Shown piece after piece: positions 1 to 12,222 of a DNA stretch of 40,067 bases. Position 1 is the first letter of the stretch. Each line of letters opens with the position of its first letter. Where the stretch lies: the IMG/VR virus record IMGVR_UViG_2585427781_000002; one strand, 5' to 3'. The position numbers were made by a program, and so were the translations under genes. Below the pieces are notes generated by a model, which had not been told where the DNA came from, did not search any database, and saw only the letters and a list, made by a program, of their open reading frames with translations. This stretch comes from a virus (lineage: Duplodnaviria > Heunggongvirae > Uroviricota > Caudoviricetes).

Positions 1-1871
1 GTCGCATAATTGCCAATCTCAACGTAAATATCATATGTATCGCCGGATGTGTTGATCCAGGCGAAATTCGTTAATCCGACGGCTGTACGCTTCCACAAAG
101 CCCCGGTAATTCCTTTGGGGTTTCCATTGCCTGCTCGTAGAACCAGTTCTGAAATGCCTGCCTGATGTGGGGAACCGACGTTGTAACCAGCGCCACCAAT
201 CAATGCGATGTAAACGATGGAACTCGCTTGTGGCATGGTAACCGTAGCCAGTTTGAACCACCCAGCCCCGCCAGAGAAAGACATCGTTACTGAATTTAAA
301 GTACCAATATCTTTCGGCGTTAATGTTATATCCGCAGTCAGTGCTTTTCCGTTAACTTTTCGGTTAGATGGCACCCTGCTATTCGCATTGTCATTGGCTG
401 CTTTAACTGCTTTTGGCGTTGCGGCCAGCGATTCACTGGTGCTATCAACAGCACTGCTAAGTTTCACAACACCTTTAGTTGTAAGGCTTGCGTCTTCCAT
501 CGCAACTGCACCGGCCATCTCTTCAGCACGATCAGCAGCAGCTTCCGCACGGGTCGCAGCGGATTCAGCAGTAGTTTTGCTCTGAGATGCTGCCGTCGCA
601 CTGCCTGCCGCCTCTGTTGCCTTCGTGGATGCCGTCGTGGCGCTGCTCTTCGCTGCTGACGCCTGTCTGGTCGCCTCATCTTTTGAAGCAGACGCAGATG
701 ATGCCGATGACGACGCCGAACTGGCTGACGATGCGGCAGCCGTTTTTGAGGATTCTGCGCTGGTTTCCGACGCTTTCGCGTTCGTTTCGGATGTCTTCGC
801 TGCGGAAGCAGACCTCGCTGCTGCGCTGGCCTGTTCAGTGGCTTCGCCAGCCTTCGTTGTGGCTGTTGAAGCAGACGATGCGGCGCTTTCTGCCGATTTT
901 CCGGCGGCGGTGGCACTGGCTGAGGCCTGCCCGGCACTTGTTGACGCTGCACTGGCAGACGACGCAGCCGCTGTTTTTGAGCCTGCCGCAGCCGAGGCGC
1001 TCTGTCCCGCTGCCGTTTCAGAAGACCTGGCGTTCGTCTCTGACGTTTTTGCCGCCTTCGCGGAATTTCCTGCCGCTGTTGCCGAGGAAGCTGCGCTACT
1101 GGCGCTCGAGGATGCGTTCGTTTCTGATGATTTTGCCGCCTCTTTTGAAGCCGCCGCATCCCGGGCTGAGGTGGCAGCTTCTGACGCTTTCGTAGTTGCG
1201 GTGGATGCAGAAGTGGCTGCTGATTGTTGTGACGCTGCAGCATTCGTTTCTGACGTTTTCGCGGCACTGGCACTGGTAGCTGCCGCGCTTTTTGAGGACT
1301 CTGCAGCGGCAGCACTTTTTGATGCTTCAGTAGCCTTTGTTGATGCCGTTCCTGCGCTGGAAGTCGCTGACTGAGCCGACGACGCGGCCTGTCCGGCTGA
1401 CGTGCTGGCTGCGCGTGCTGAGCCTGCAGCATCAGTCGCATGGGTTGCCGCCTCACGGGCTGATGTGCTGGCATCACTGGCTGACTTCTTCGCGGCTGCC
1501 GTGTTCTGTGCCACCACGGACGCGTTACGCGCCACCTCTTCCACCATCAGCTCAAAACGGCGCAGTGCCTCCGGACGGGCATCATCCTCCGTCATGGCAC
1601 CGAGAAAATCATTCAGCGTACCGGGTCGGGAATCTTCATACACTGTGATGGTCCCGGCATGTGACGGCGGGAATCCTTCCACCAACAGACTGACGCTGTA
1701 CTGACCGTACTCAACGTCCATACTGTAACGCCCGGCTTCATCCGGATTTTCAGATGCCAGCGTGTTCACCACCACCGTGGTACTGTTACGTTTTGCTTTC
1801 AGCTGGATTGTGCAGTTCTGTACCGGTTTTCCTGTGCCGTCTTTCAGTACACCTGAAATTTTTACTGCCAT
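1..1871 (-). CDS. stf: side tail fiber protein Stf, 5' portion (gene runs off the left edge)
   Basis: Minus-strand frame from ATG at 1871..1869 reads MAVKISGVLKDGTGKPVQNCTIQLKA... then long Ala/Ser/Thr-rich repeats (KTSETNA-type), matching the lambda Stf N-terminus as remembered. No in-window stop, so it is absent from the ORF track. Lies directly downstream of lom as in lambda. Confidence 0.75.
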   Translation of the reverse strand, partial: MAVKISGVLKDGTGKPVQNCTIQLKAKRNSTTVVVNTLASENPDEAGRYSMDVEYGQYSVSLLVEGFPPSHAGTITVYEDSRPGTLNDFLGAMTEDDARPEALRRFELMVEEVARNASVVAQNTAAAKKSASDASTSAREAATHATDAAGSARAASTSAGQAASSAQSATSSAGTASTKATEASKSAAAAESSKSAAATSASAAKTSETNAAASQQSAATSASTATTKASEAATSARDAAASKEAAKSSETNASSSASSAASSATAAGNSAKAAKTSETNARSSETAAGQSASAAAGSKTAAASSASAASTSAGQASASATAAGKSAESAASSASTATTKAGEATEQASAAARSASAAKTSETNAKASETSAESSKTAAASSASSASSSASSASASKDEATRQASAAKSSATTASTKATEAAGSATAASQSKTTAESAATRAEAAADRAEEMAGAVAMEDASLTTKGVVKLSSAVDSTSESLAATPKAVKAANDNANSRVPSNRKVNGKALTADITLTPKDIGTLNSVTMSFSGGAGWFKLATVTMPQASSIVYIALIGGAGYNVGSPHQAGISELVLRAGNGNPKGITGALWKRTAVGLTNFAWINTSGDTYDIYVEIGNYA

Positions 1872-1880
1872 ATTCACCCC

Positions 1881-1909
1881 ACAAAAAAGCCCGCCTGAAC
1901 CGGCGGGCT
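1881..1909 (-). terminator. candidate intrinsic terminator between lom and stf
   Basis: Inverted repeat AGCCCGCC (1888-1895) / GGCGGGCT (1902-1909) with a 6-nt loop; on the minus strand the hairpin is followed by a U-run (plus-strand A-run 1882-1888). Confidence 0.45.
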
Positions 1910-1935
1910 GTCATAACACTGTGTTACCTGGCTAA

Positions 1936-2535
1936 TCAGAATTTATAACCAACACCCACGATGAACCCGTCAGTGCGCCAGTCACCACTGCCGGAGCCTT
2001 CATAAGCGACATCAATGGCCACGGATTCGGTCGGGTTAAACTGCACGCCAGCTCCCCACGCCAGAGACGTGTTGCTGTGGCGACCGTCATCACTTCCGGT
2101 CAGCACATCGTGCTTTTTCCCCTTGTTGTCAGTTACGTGGAGATAATCCCCGGAGAAAGTCGACACACGGCTGTAAGCCACACCCGCCATCGCATACGCG
2201 CTGAACCATTCATTCACGCGCACAGACGGCCCCGCCATTACGCTGAACCAGCGGTTACGAACGGAATCTTCATGCCAGCGGGTATCGCTGTAACGGGTAA
2301 TCTGGCGATTCTTGTCTCCTGCATAGCTGAACGACGTCACCATCCCCAGTGTGTCCGTAAACTCATAACGGTATTTCACGTTAATCCCGTTCAGATCATC
2401 ACTGCCGGGAACGTTCGTCCGGGCATGAAGATACCCCGCGCTCAGCGTGGACTGATGTTCAGACGCCCATGCAGGCGCACCGGATACGGCCAGACAAATG
2501 GCTGCGGACAAAATGGCGGCATAAAGTTTACGCAT
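1936..2535 (-). CDS. lom: outer membrane protein Lom (Ail/Lom family)
   Basis: 199-aa ORF with a signal peptide ([24 protein letters not shown]) and beta-barrel-like sequence ending ...GVGYKF; sits between J and stf as in lambda. Confidence 0.9.
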   Translation of the reverse strand: MRKLYAAILSAAICLAVSGAPAWASEHQSTLSAGYLHARTNVPGSDDLNGINVKYRYEFTDTLGMVTSFSYAGDKNRQITRYSDTRWHEDSVRNRWFSVMAGPSVRVNEWFSAYAMAGVAYSRVSTFSGDYLHVTDNKGKKHDVLTGSDDGRHSNTSLAWGAGVQFNPTESVAIDVAYEGSGSGDWRTDGFIVGVGYKF

Positions 2536-2557
2536 AATTACCTCTCGCTTTTCTGCA

Positions 2558-2583
2558 ATAAAAAAGGCGTCATTTCTGACGCC
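2558..2583 (-). terminator. candidate intrinsic terminator downstream of J
   Basis: Stem GGCGTCA (2566-2572) / TGACGCC (2577-2583) with loop TTTC; on the minus strand the hairpin is followed by a U-run (plus-strand A-run 2558-2565). Lies between the J stop and the lom start. Confidence 0.5.
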
Positions 2584-2601
2584 CGTTCTGGGTTATAAAA
2601 T

Positions 2602-6003
<3,402 letters not shown>

Positions 6004-6060
6004 TCACGCTCCATAAACGACAAAACCGCCCGGAGGCGGTTTCACATAAAACATTTTGCA

Positions 6061-6708
6061 TCAGCGACCAATCACCACAACCTGACCACCATCCCCTTCG
6101 TCTGCCGTGCTGATCTCCTGAGAAACCACCCGCGACCCCACGCGCATTTCACCGTACAGAACAGGCAAAACATTGCCCTGGGCAACCATGTTATCCAGTG
6201 AGGAGAAATAGGTGTTCTGTTTGCCGTTATCTGTACTGGCTGCCGTGGGCGTCCTGGCTTTCGGTGCCAGCATCTGCGCCACTCCGCCCAGGATCATACT
6301 GGCCCCTGCCGCATACATGCCCGATACAGCCGCGGCACCCAGCCAGCCCACAGGGTTCCACCATGCCACCGCAATCAGCGCCGCCCCAAGCACCACCTGA
6401 AACACACCGCCACTTTTAGCTCCCGCCAGACGCGGCACGATGTGGATCACGGCACCATTTGCCAGCGGCTCATTAAGACGGGCAGATAATTCATTTTCGC
6501 CTGCATCACGCCCGGCAATGCGCACCTGATACCAGCCCTTATTCAGTTTCTGACGAAACGCCGGGAGCTGAGTGGCCAGCGCCCGGATGGCTTCGGCCCC
6601 CGTTTTCACACGAAGGTCGATGCGGCGGCCAAATCGTTGCAAATCCCCGTAAAGGCAGATGCGTGCCATGCCCGGTGACGCCAGAGGGAGTGTGTGCGTC
6701 GCTGCCAT
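6061..6708 (-). CDS. I: tail assembly protein I
   Basis: 215-aa ORF directly upstream of J, overlapping the K 3' end as in lambda; C-terminal hydrophobic Gly/Ala-rich segment. Confidence 0.8.
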   Translation of the reverse strand: MAATHTLPLASPGMARICLYGDLQRFGRRIDLRVKTGAEAIRALATQLPAFRQKLNKGWYQVRIAGRDAGENELSARLNEPLANGAVIHIVPRLAGAKSGGVFQVVLGAALIAVAWWNPVGWLGAAAVSGMYAAGASMILGGVAQMLAPKARTPTAASTDNGKQNTYFSSLDNMVAQGNVLPVLYGEMRVGSRVVSQEISTADEGDGGQVVVIGR

Positions 6709-7349
6709 TTGTCGGTATACCTCTCTCGTTTGCTCAGTTGTTCAGGAATATGGTGCAGCAGCTCGCCGTCGCCGCAGTAAATAGCGGCATGATTCGGCAC
6801 CGATGAACCAAAACAGCACAGCAGCACATCGCCCGGCTGCGCCGCTGACAACGGCACCTGATACAGCCCTGTAGCCTCCAGATTATCCAGATAGAGATTC
6901 TGACCGTTACGCCACCAGTCATCCCCGCGATGAAAATCCGGCATCTCAATCCCCGCCAGATGGTAAGCATCCCGGAACAGCGTGTAACAGTCCGTCACCC
7001 CGTGCTCAAAGCGCCGCCCGGTGAGATGCGGCACACAGCGGAATTTATGAATCTCACCCCGGCAGACCAGCCACCACGGCAAATCACTCTGCACCTGCAG
7101 CCGCCGGTCAGTCTCACTCAGCCAGGGCAGACCACCGGGGTGGCTGTGGACCAGCGCCACAATCTCACCCTGCATTTCTGCCCGCAGCCAGTCCTCCGGC
7201 GACATCCGGAAATACTCCTCCGGCTCACCGGAGATATTCACGCAGGGAAAATATCTTTCTCCCTCCGGCGTTCTCACCACGAAGCCGCACGACTCCGCTG
7301 GCGCACATCGCCGGGCGTGCGCCAGAATCGCTGATTCTGTCTCTGTCAT
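6606..7349 (-). CDS. K: tail assembly protein K (MPN/JAB plus NlpC/P60-like domains)
   Basis: 247-aa ORF with HSHPGG metal-binding motif and a downstream Cys/His peptidase-like region; position between L and I. The exact start is uncertain. Confidence 0.8.
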   Translation of the reverse strand: MTETESAILAHARRCAPAESCGFVVRTPEGERYFPCVNISGEPEEYFRMSPEDWLRAEMQGEIVALVHSHPGGLPWLSETDRRLQVQSDLPWWLVCRGEIHKFRCVPHLTGRRFEHGVTDCYTLFRDAYHLAGIEMPDFHRGDDWWRNGQNLYLDNLEATGLYQVPLSAAQPGDVLLCCFGSSVPNHAAIYCGDGELLHHIPEQLSKRERYTDKWQRRTHSLWRHRAWHASAFTGICNDLAAASTFV

Positions 7350-7354
7350 GGGAT

Positions 7355-8053
7355 TTACTGCGAAAGTTTGTTAATGGAAAGGAAGCCGCCAAAGTTGCCG
7401 ACGTTATTGCGGAACTTACAACCGCTCAGGCATTTGCTGCATTTATCCTTCGTGATATCGGACGTTGGCTGGTCATATTCATCCGCGACCGCCGGACCGT
7501 GATAACCGCACTCATCGCCGCGATAGGTCCAGGTGCAGGTGTTGGCCAGCATGATACGTCCCGGAAAAACAGCGCCGTCCGTTTCCGTCGGCGTGGCCAG
7601 TACAAAAGAGGCACTGACCGCGCTCAGTTCGCTGCACTGCTCGATGCGCCAGCGGCTGATCACCTCCTGCTCCGGGTCGGCGTCACTGTTTCCGTTGACG
7701 AAGTTCACCGCATCCAGAAAACGGGCGTAAACCTTACGCCGGACCACCGTTCCGCCGACCAGACTCTGCAGCTCTTCCGCCATCCCGGTGACCATACCGT
7801 GCAGGTTAGAAACCGTCAGTGTCGGACGGGCAGCACTGCCCTTGCCGTTCAGTTCAAATCCCGTCCCCTGAATGGGATACGGCTGATACTGTCGTCTCTG
7901 CCAGGTGACCGGCTCACCTTTTTCGTTCTGCTCATTACAGAAAAAATAACGTTCACCACCGACCTCTGTCAGATCGATTTCCCAGAGCACCACCTGGGCT
8001 GACTGAGTGAGGCGTGTCGTCTCATGATGTGTTTCCTGTGGAATATCCTGCAT
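7355..8053 (-). CDS. L: minor tail protein L
   Basis: 232-aa ORF, same length as lambda L, with C-terminal cysteine cluster (CSKCLSGCKF); conserved position. Confidence 0.9.
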   Translation of the reverse strand: MQDIPQETHHETTRLTQSAQVVLWEIDLTEVGGERYFFCNEQNEKGEPVTWQRRQYQPYPIQGTGFELNGKGSAARPTLTVSNLHGMVTGMAEELQSLVGGTVVRRKVYARFLDAVNFVNGNSDADPEQEVISRWRIEQCSELSAVSASFVLATPTETDGAVFPGRIMLANTCTWTYRGDECGYHGPAVADEYDQPTSDITKDKCSKCLSGCKFRNNVGNFGGFLSINKLSQ

Positions 8054-8062
8054 CAGAGCCTC

Positions 8063-8392
8063 CTATGCCACGACCTGTTCAAAATCTGCCGTTATGGTTA
8101 CCCACAGCGCCCCCACGCTTGCCGACCATTTACGACAAACCACCCTAATCGGTTTCCAGTCATAAGGTGGCGTCCACTGAAATGCGCGGACGCCACCGTG
8201 CCGTTCCAGAAAGGCTTTTAAAGATGGGTGTTCACATTTACGAACACGTATCGTCACGCTGTAAGTCGACAACTGGTTATTCAGTCCCGCCGCACGACGC
8301 TGTTCATAACCATCGCCCAGCTTCACTGTCACCACTTTCGGCTCTGATACCACATTCATATCCGGGCGCACTTTCCAGTGAAACGTCTCCAT
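8063..8392 (-). CDS. M: minor tail protein M
   Basis: 109-aa ORF, same length as lambda M, immediately downstream of H with a 1-nt overlap. Confidence 0.9.
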   Translation of the reverse strand: METFHWKVRPDMNVVSEPKVVTVKLGDGYEQRRAAGLNNQLSTYSVTIRVRKCEHPSLKAFLERHGGVRAFQWTPPYDWKPIRVVCRKWSASVGALWVTITADFEQVVA

Positions 8393-11076
8393 TACCGATA
8401 TGCTCCACTTAACCGACCACCATCACGGGCCTGCTGTTGCATAAAGTCCGCTGCTGCTTTTTTCCCGAGGTCATAAACCACCTTCAGGGCAGCCGGACCT
8501 ATCTGCCCGTTCGTGCCATCGTTATTGATCTCGATGTTGTACTGCGGGGCAAACATCGCCATACCTGAACCACCAATATCCGCCACAACCCCCAGCTTAC
8601 CGTCAGCACCACGACGCAGAGGCAGAATGGCTTCAGGCCCAGCTTCCCCCATCACACCTGCACCTTTTGCAAAAGCAAAAAACGTCGGACGGTTAACCAC
8701 CGTGCCACTGTAGCGACTCAAATCAGCAGACTGATAAACACCACCATCAGCATTGGGCGTCACACTGGCAGTTGCTGCACTCCCCCAGCCAAACGCCGAA
8801 CCAATCCCCTTAACTGTCTGCATCATGGACATCTGAGCCATGATTTTTGCCAGATCAGAAAGGAGCGAGGCGGTAAAAGATTTGAAGTTCAGTTTTCCGG
8901 TGGTACAGAATGTAGCCAGTGCATTACCTGCACTATTAAATGCCGCTGTAAGCATCTGCTCCGCAGTGCCTGCCGCATTATCCGCATCTGCCGTGAAATT
9001 CTGAAACGCCCGCATGGCACCGTTTTTCCAGTTACCCTGAGCAATTTCAAGCTGTTGCCAGTAACGGCGATTCTCATTCAGTTGCCTGTTCAGGCTCTCC
9101 GTCAGCGCCTGCTCGGCCTTTCTGTAGTCATCCGTGTTATATGTCCCTTTCTGCTCACTATCCCGCCTCAACTGCTCCAGCTGTTGCTGGTATTTCTGGC
9201 GAAGGCTCAGTTGTACCTGATATCGCTGCCGCTGCTGATCACCCATACCCACCGTGGCGATATCCAGGTCATGTTGCTGACGCTGAGCGCGCTCTTCTTC
9301 AGCCAGTTGACTGGTCAGCTGAATTGTTTTTTTCTTCAGATCGTTGAGTGCCGTCTGTTTCTGAAGCTCCTGCTGTTTTACATCCAGCAGCGTCAGTGCC
9401 TGAATCAGTTCATCTTTACGGGCCAGCACACTCTTTTCATCTGCCGTCAGTTTTTTCCCGTCCAGATCGCTGATGCGCTGCTGCAGAGCCAGAAGCTGTT
9501 TATGCGCTTCTGTCATCTTTTCAGTGGCAATGCCTGCTGACTGTCTTGCAGCAGCAATCTGTCCTTCCACCTGTGCCTGTTGCTGGCTGTACTGCAGCAA
9601 TAACCGGGTGGCCTCATCATTACGGGTTTCGCGTGTTTTTTTCTTACCGGATGCCAGGGCTTTCTCGTAACGTTCATTTTCACGTTGTATCGCCGCATCC
9701 CTGACAGCCTGATCGGCGTACTGCATGGCATTAATACGCGCAATTTCACGCTGATGTCGTGCTGCTTCCGTTTCATTCATCCGGTTCAGTGCAGCATTTT
9801 CAGCATTACGGCGTTTCTGTTGCTCCTGATAATTCCGCTCTGCCTGCTCTTTTGCATCCTGCAAATCCTTCTGGCGTTTTTTCTCCTGAAGATCGTTAAG
9901 ACGCTGCTGATCGTATTCAACCTGAGAAGATGATGCCGTCCAGGGGAGTCTTTTCGCCCGCGACACTTTCTCCTGTAAAGCGGCAATCTGTTCATCCAGC
10001 GAGTCTTCACGACCAATATTCATGGCCGCATCCCAGAAACGACTCCACAAATCAGACAGATACTTCAGCGTACTGCCAAGCGCATTGAGGTTATTATCAA
10101 TATCCGCAGTACGCCGACCGGTTTCCTCTGCCAGTGCAGACATGGCTATCCGTGCAGCATCACTGGACCGCCCCTGCTCCCCAAGGACGCGTATCTGCTC
10201 AAGCTGAGTGGCAGTAAGAAAATGCAGCTCATTGTCCAGAGCCTTCGCGGCATTTACAGGATCATCCTTCAGCCGCTTAAACTGATTTATGGTATCGCTG
10301 ACCGACTGGCCAACCGATCGCTCCATCTGTGCGGCAGCTCTCGCCACCATACCGATATCGTTTCCACGAAATGCACCACTCCCCACCACCTGAGCCAGCG
10401 CACCGGCTGCAGCATGTTGCGTGATACCATTCCCGGAAATAGCACGACTGAGCGTCCACAGCTGCCCGGCAGTAACTCCGGCATAATGCCCCGTCAGCGA
10501 CAACTGGCGGTTAAATTCTTCCCCCTCCTTCTGACCGTCATACCAGGCTTTACCCAGACCATAGACGGCCGCGGCAATACCGCCAATAACCCCGCCAAGC
10601 ATCATGCCTTTCGGTGACATCAGTGTGTCTATCCATCCGGCACGGTTAGCCAGCGTTATCCCGGATCCCCTCAGCGCCCCTAAATTGCCGCGGGCCAGTT
10701 CACCTATCAGAACGCCTATCTCCTGGCGGGCTGCTGCACTTTTCAGACCCAGCGAATGCGTGGCTTTTCCTGCCTGCTCCATTTTGCGGATATACACTTC
10801 TGCAGCACTGCTTACCCCCAGCTGGGCTGCCTTAGCACGAAGCAACTCAGAAGATGAAAGATTCTGGCGGGTTGCCTGCTCTTTAAGCTGACGGATAAAC
10901 GCCACTTTCTGTCGGGTAGCCTCTTCCTCAGCCTGTGTAAGAACACGGGTTTTCGCCGTAACCTCAGAAATCAGCGCCAGATAATCCTGCTGACCAATCC
11001 CGCCACTGTTTCTGGCCTGTCGGATCTGCTGCTGAATACGCTGTAATTCCTGCAGCCCCGCACTGGCCTGTTTCAC
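8392..11076 (-). CDS. H: tail tape-measure protein H, portion downstream of an in-frame TAG
   Basis: 894-aa ORF with long coiled-coil Q/R/E-rich repeats and C-terminus ...NNDGTNGQIGPAALKVVYDLGKKAAADFMQQQARDGGRLSGAYR, matching the lambda H C-terminus as remembered. The track ORF begins at a GTG right after the amber codon. Confidence 0.85.
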   Translation of the reverse strand: MKQASAGLQELQRIQQQIRQARNSGGIGQQDYLALISEVTAKTRVLTQAEEEATRQKVAFIRQLKEQATRQNLSSSELLRAKAAQLGVSSAAEVYIRKMEQAGKATHSLGLKSAAARQEIGVLIGELARGNLGALRGSGITLANRAGWIDTLMSPKGMMLGGVIGGIAAAVYGLGKAWYDGQKEGEEFNRQLSLTGHYAGVTAGQLWTLSRAISGNGITQHAAAGALAQVVGSGAFRGNDIGMVARAAAQMERSVGQSVSDTINQFKRLKDDPVNAAKALDNELHFLTATQLEQIRVLGEQGRSSDAARIAMSALAEETGRRTADIDNNLNALGSTLKYLSDLWSRFWDAAMNIGREDSLDEQIAALQEKVSRAKRLPWTASSSQVEYDQQRLNDLQEKKRQKDLQDAKEQAERNYQEQQKRRNAENAALNRMNETEAARHQREIARINAMQYADQAVRDAAIQRENERYEKALASGKKKTRETRNDEATRLLLQYSQQQAQVEGQIAAARQSAGIATEKMTEAHKQLLALQQRISDLDGKKLTADEKSVLARKDELIQALTLLDVKQQELQKQTALNDLKKKTIQLTSQLAEEERAQRQQHDLDIATVGMGDQQRQRYQVQLSLRQKYQQQLEQLRRDSEQKGTYNTDDYRKAEQALTESLNRQLNENRRYWQQLEIAQGNWKNGAMRAFQNFTADADNAAGTAEQMLTAAFNSAGNALATFCTTGKLNFKSFTASLLSDLAKIMAQMSMMQTVKGIGSAFGWGSAATASVTPNADGGVYQSADLSRYSGTVVNRPTFFAFAKGAGVMGEAGPEAILPLRRGADGKLGVVADIGGSGMAMFAPQYNIEINNDGTNGQIGPAALKVVYDLGKKAAADFMQQQARDGGRLSGAYR

Positions 11077-11088
11077 ACTGTCAATCTA

Positions 11089-11466
11089 ACGATAAAACGC
11101 AGCAGCCGCTTTATCCTGAGCCTCCGCCAGAGCCATGGCCTGCGCCTGTTCATCGCGCATTTTCTGGCTCAGCGCCTCCATGCGCTGGCGGGTTTTCTCC
11201 ACCTCGCGGGCCATGCGTTCATGAGCCTGTGCGTTCTTCTCCACCGTCTGCGCATGGACGGAGGCGGCTGTTGCAGCCGAAGAAGCCGCCTGCGTTGTCT
11301 GCCGGGCGGCCTGAGTCTGACGCTCCATAAAACGCTGCATACGGGCAGAAGACCGTTCTGCATCGCTGGCGGCACCATTCAGAAGGTTTTTGATACGGGG
11401 AATTTCATTTTTAAACTCTGCCGCATCAATCCCCAAATCAATGACCAGGTTGGCTATCTGGTCCAT
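11089..11466 (-). CDS. H: tail tape-measure protein H, N-terminal portion upstream of the in-frame TAG (11086-11088)
   Basis: Same reading frame as the 894-aa ORF, separated only by TAG. From ATG at 11466, MDQIANLVIDLGIDAAEFKNEIPRIKNLL... aligns with the lambda H N-terminus (..GDLVVDLSLDAARFDEQMARV..). Confidence 0.7.
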
Positions 11467-11767
11467 AACGCACACCTCCGGAAATACCTTCTCCAAGATG
11501 CATCAGTTCTTCGTCCGTTCGCTCCGGTATCCCGTTCTCTTCCGGTAAAAGGCTGAAATCAGCCACCGCAGCATCACTGCTGCCGGACACCATTCTCACG
11601 ATCAATGCCTTCAGCGAGGCAAACTGCGCATCCATCCACACATCACTGAAGCTCTGCATCCGGAAATAATCGCCCCACTCACCAAGCTCAGTGGCCGACA
11701 TTTCCGACAGCATCCGCCGCCAGTCTGCCCGCCGGAACTCCCGGGCAAGCCGCATGACAAACTGCAT
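11438..11767 (-). CDS. T: T segment of the tail assembly chaperone G-T (expressed by -1 frameshift from G)
   Basis: ORF in the -1 frame relative to G; its frame stays open upstream through the G stop region; position between G and H. Confidence 0.65.
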   Translation of the reverse strand: MQFVMRLAREFRRADWRRMLSEMSATELGEWGDYFRMQSFSDVWMDAQFASLKALIVRMVSGSSDAAVADFSLLPEENGIPERTDEELMHLGEGISGGVRYGPDSQPGH

Positions 11768-11775
11768 TTCCCGCG

Positions 11776-12165
11776 TCAGGACTTTTCCGGCGTCAGCGCC
11801 TCATGCTCATCATCCCCGGCATTATCAATGGCCCCCATACCGCTCAGCGACAGAACCATCTCCGCCCCCGCACCCAGGGCATCATACGACCATGTTGTAA
11901 TAACGGATGCGCAAAGCGTCTCTACATCCTTAGACTGATCCGCATTCCACAGTGAGCGGGAAACCAGCCAGGCATTGATATCCATCCCCATCCGCAGAAA
12001 AGCAATCTGTCGTTCAGCCTCCGGCAGTTCTCCCTCCCCGGCATCAAACTTTGCCGTTCGCTGCTGAACAAACGCCAGATATTCAATTCTCTGCAGCCCG
12101 GACAGCTCACTGAGCACCACGGACTGTTTTTCATAATTAAACGTGCCCTGTTTCAGAAACATCAT
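11776..12165 (-). CDS. G: tail assembly chaperone G
   Basis: Start at MMFLKQG... (ATG at 12165 or 12162); ...VLSELSGLQRIEYLAF resembles lambda G; ends EALTPEKS* with a slippery-like motif two codons before the stop. Confidence 0.8.
   Translation of the reverse strand: MMFLKQGTFNYEKQSVVLSELSGLQRIEYLAFVQQRTAKFDAGEGELPEAERQIAFLRMGMDINAWLVSRSLWNADQSKDVETLCASVITTWSYDALGAGAEMVLSLSGMGAIDNAGDDEHEALTPEKS
11782..11790 (-). other. candidate -1 programmed ribosomal frameshift site for G-T
   Basis: Minus strand reads CCG GAA AAG TCC TGA at the end of G; shifting -1 on the GAAAAG stretch enters the T frame (…GCC GGA AAA GTC CTG…). Analogous in position to the lambda G GGA AAG site but not an exact canonical heptamer. 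Confidence 0.45.
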
Positions 12166-12222
12166 GTTCTCCACCTGCAAAAAAGCCCCGGATAACCGGG
12201 GCAAATGATGAGTATCGTCCTG

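Noticed and set aside
625-1374. 249-aa plus-strand ORF rich in Ala/Asp (MDAVVALLFAADACLVASSFEADADDADDD...)
   Set aside because: Antisense reading of the repetitive stf shaft region; the composition is the complement of the Ser/Ala/Thr repeat codons and the true gene is on the minus strand.
464-1477. 337-aa minus-strand ORF rich in Arg/Gln/Pro
   Set aside because: Out-of-frame reading within stf; extreme composition and no homology to tail fibre sequence, whereas the correct frame gives the recognisable Stf N-terminus.
9055-9540. Plus-strand ORFs (161 aa and others) antisense to the tape-measure gene
   Set aside because: Shadow ORFs created by the Gln/Arg/Leu-rich repetitive tape-measure coding sequence.
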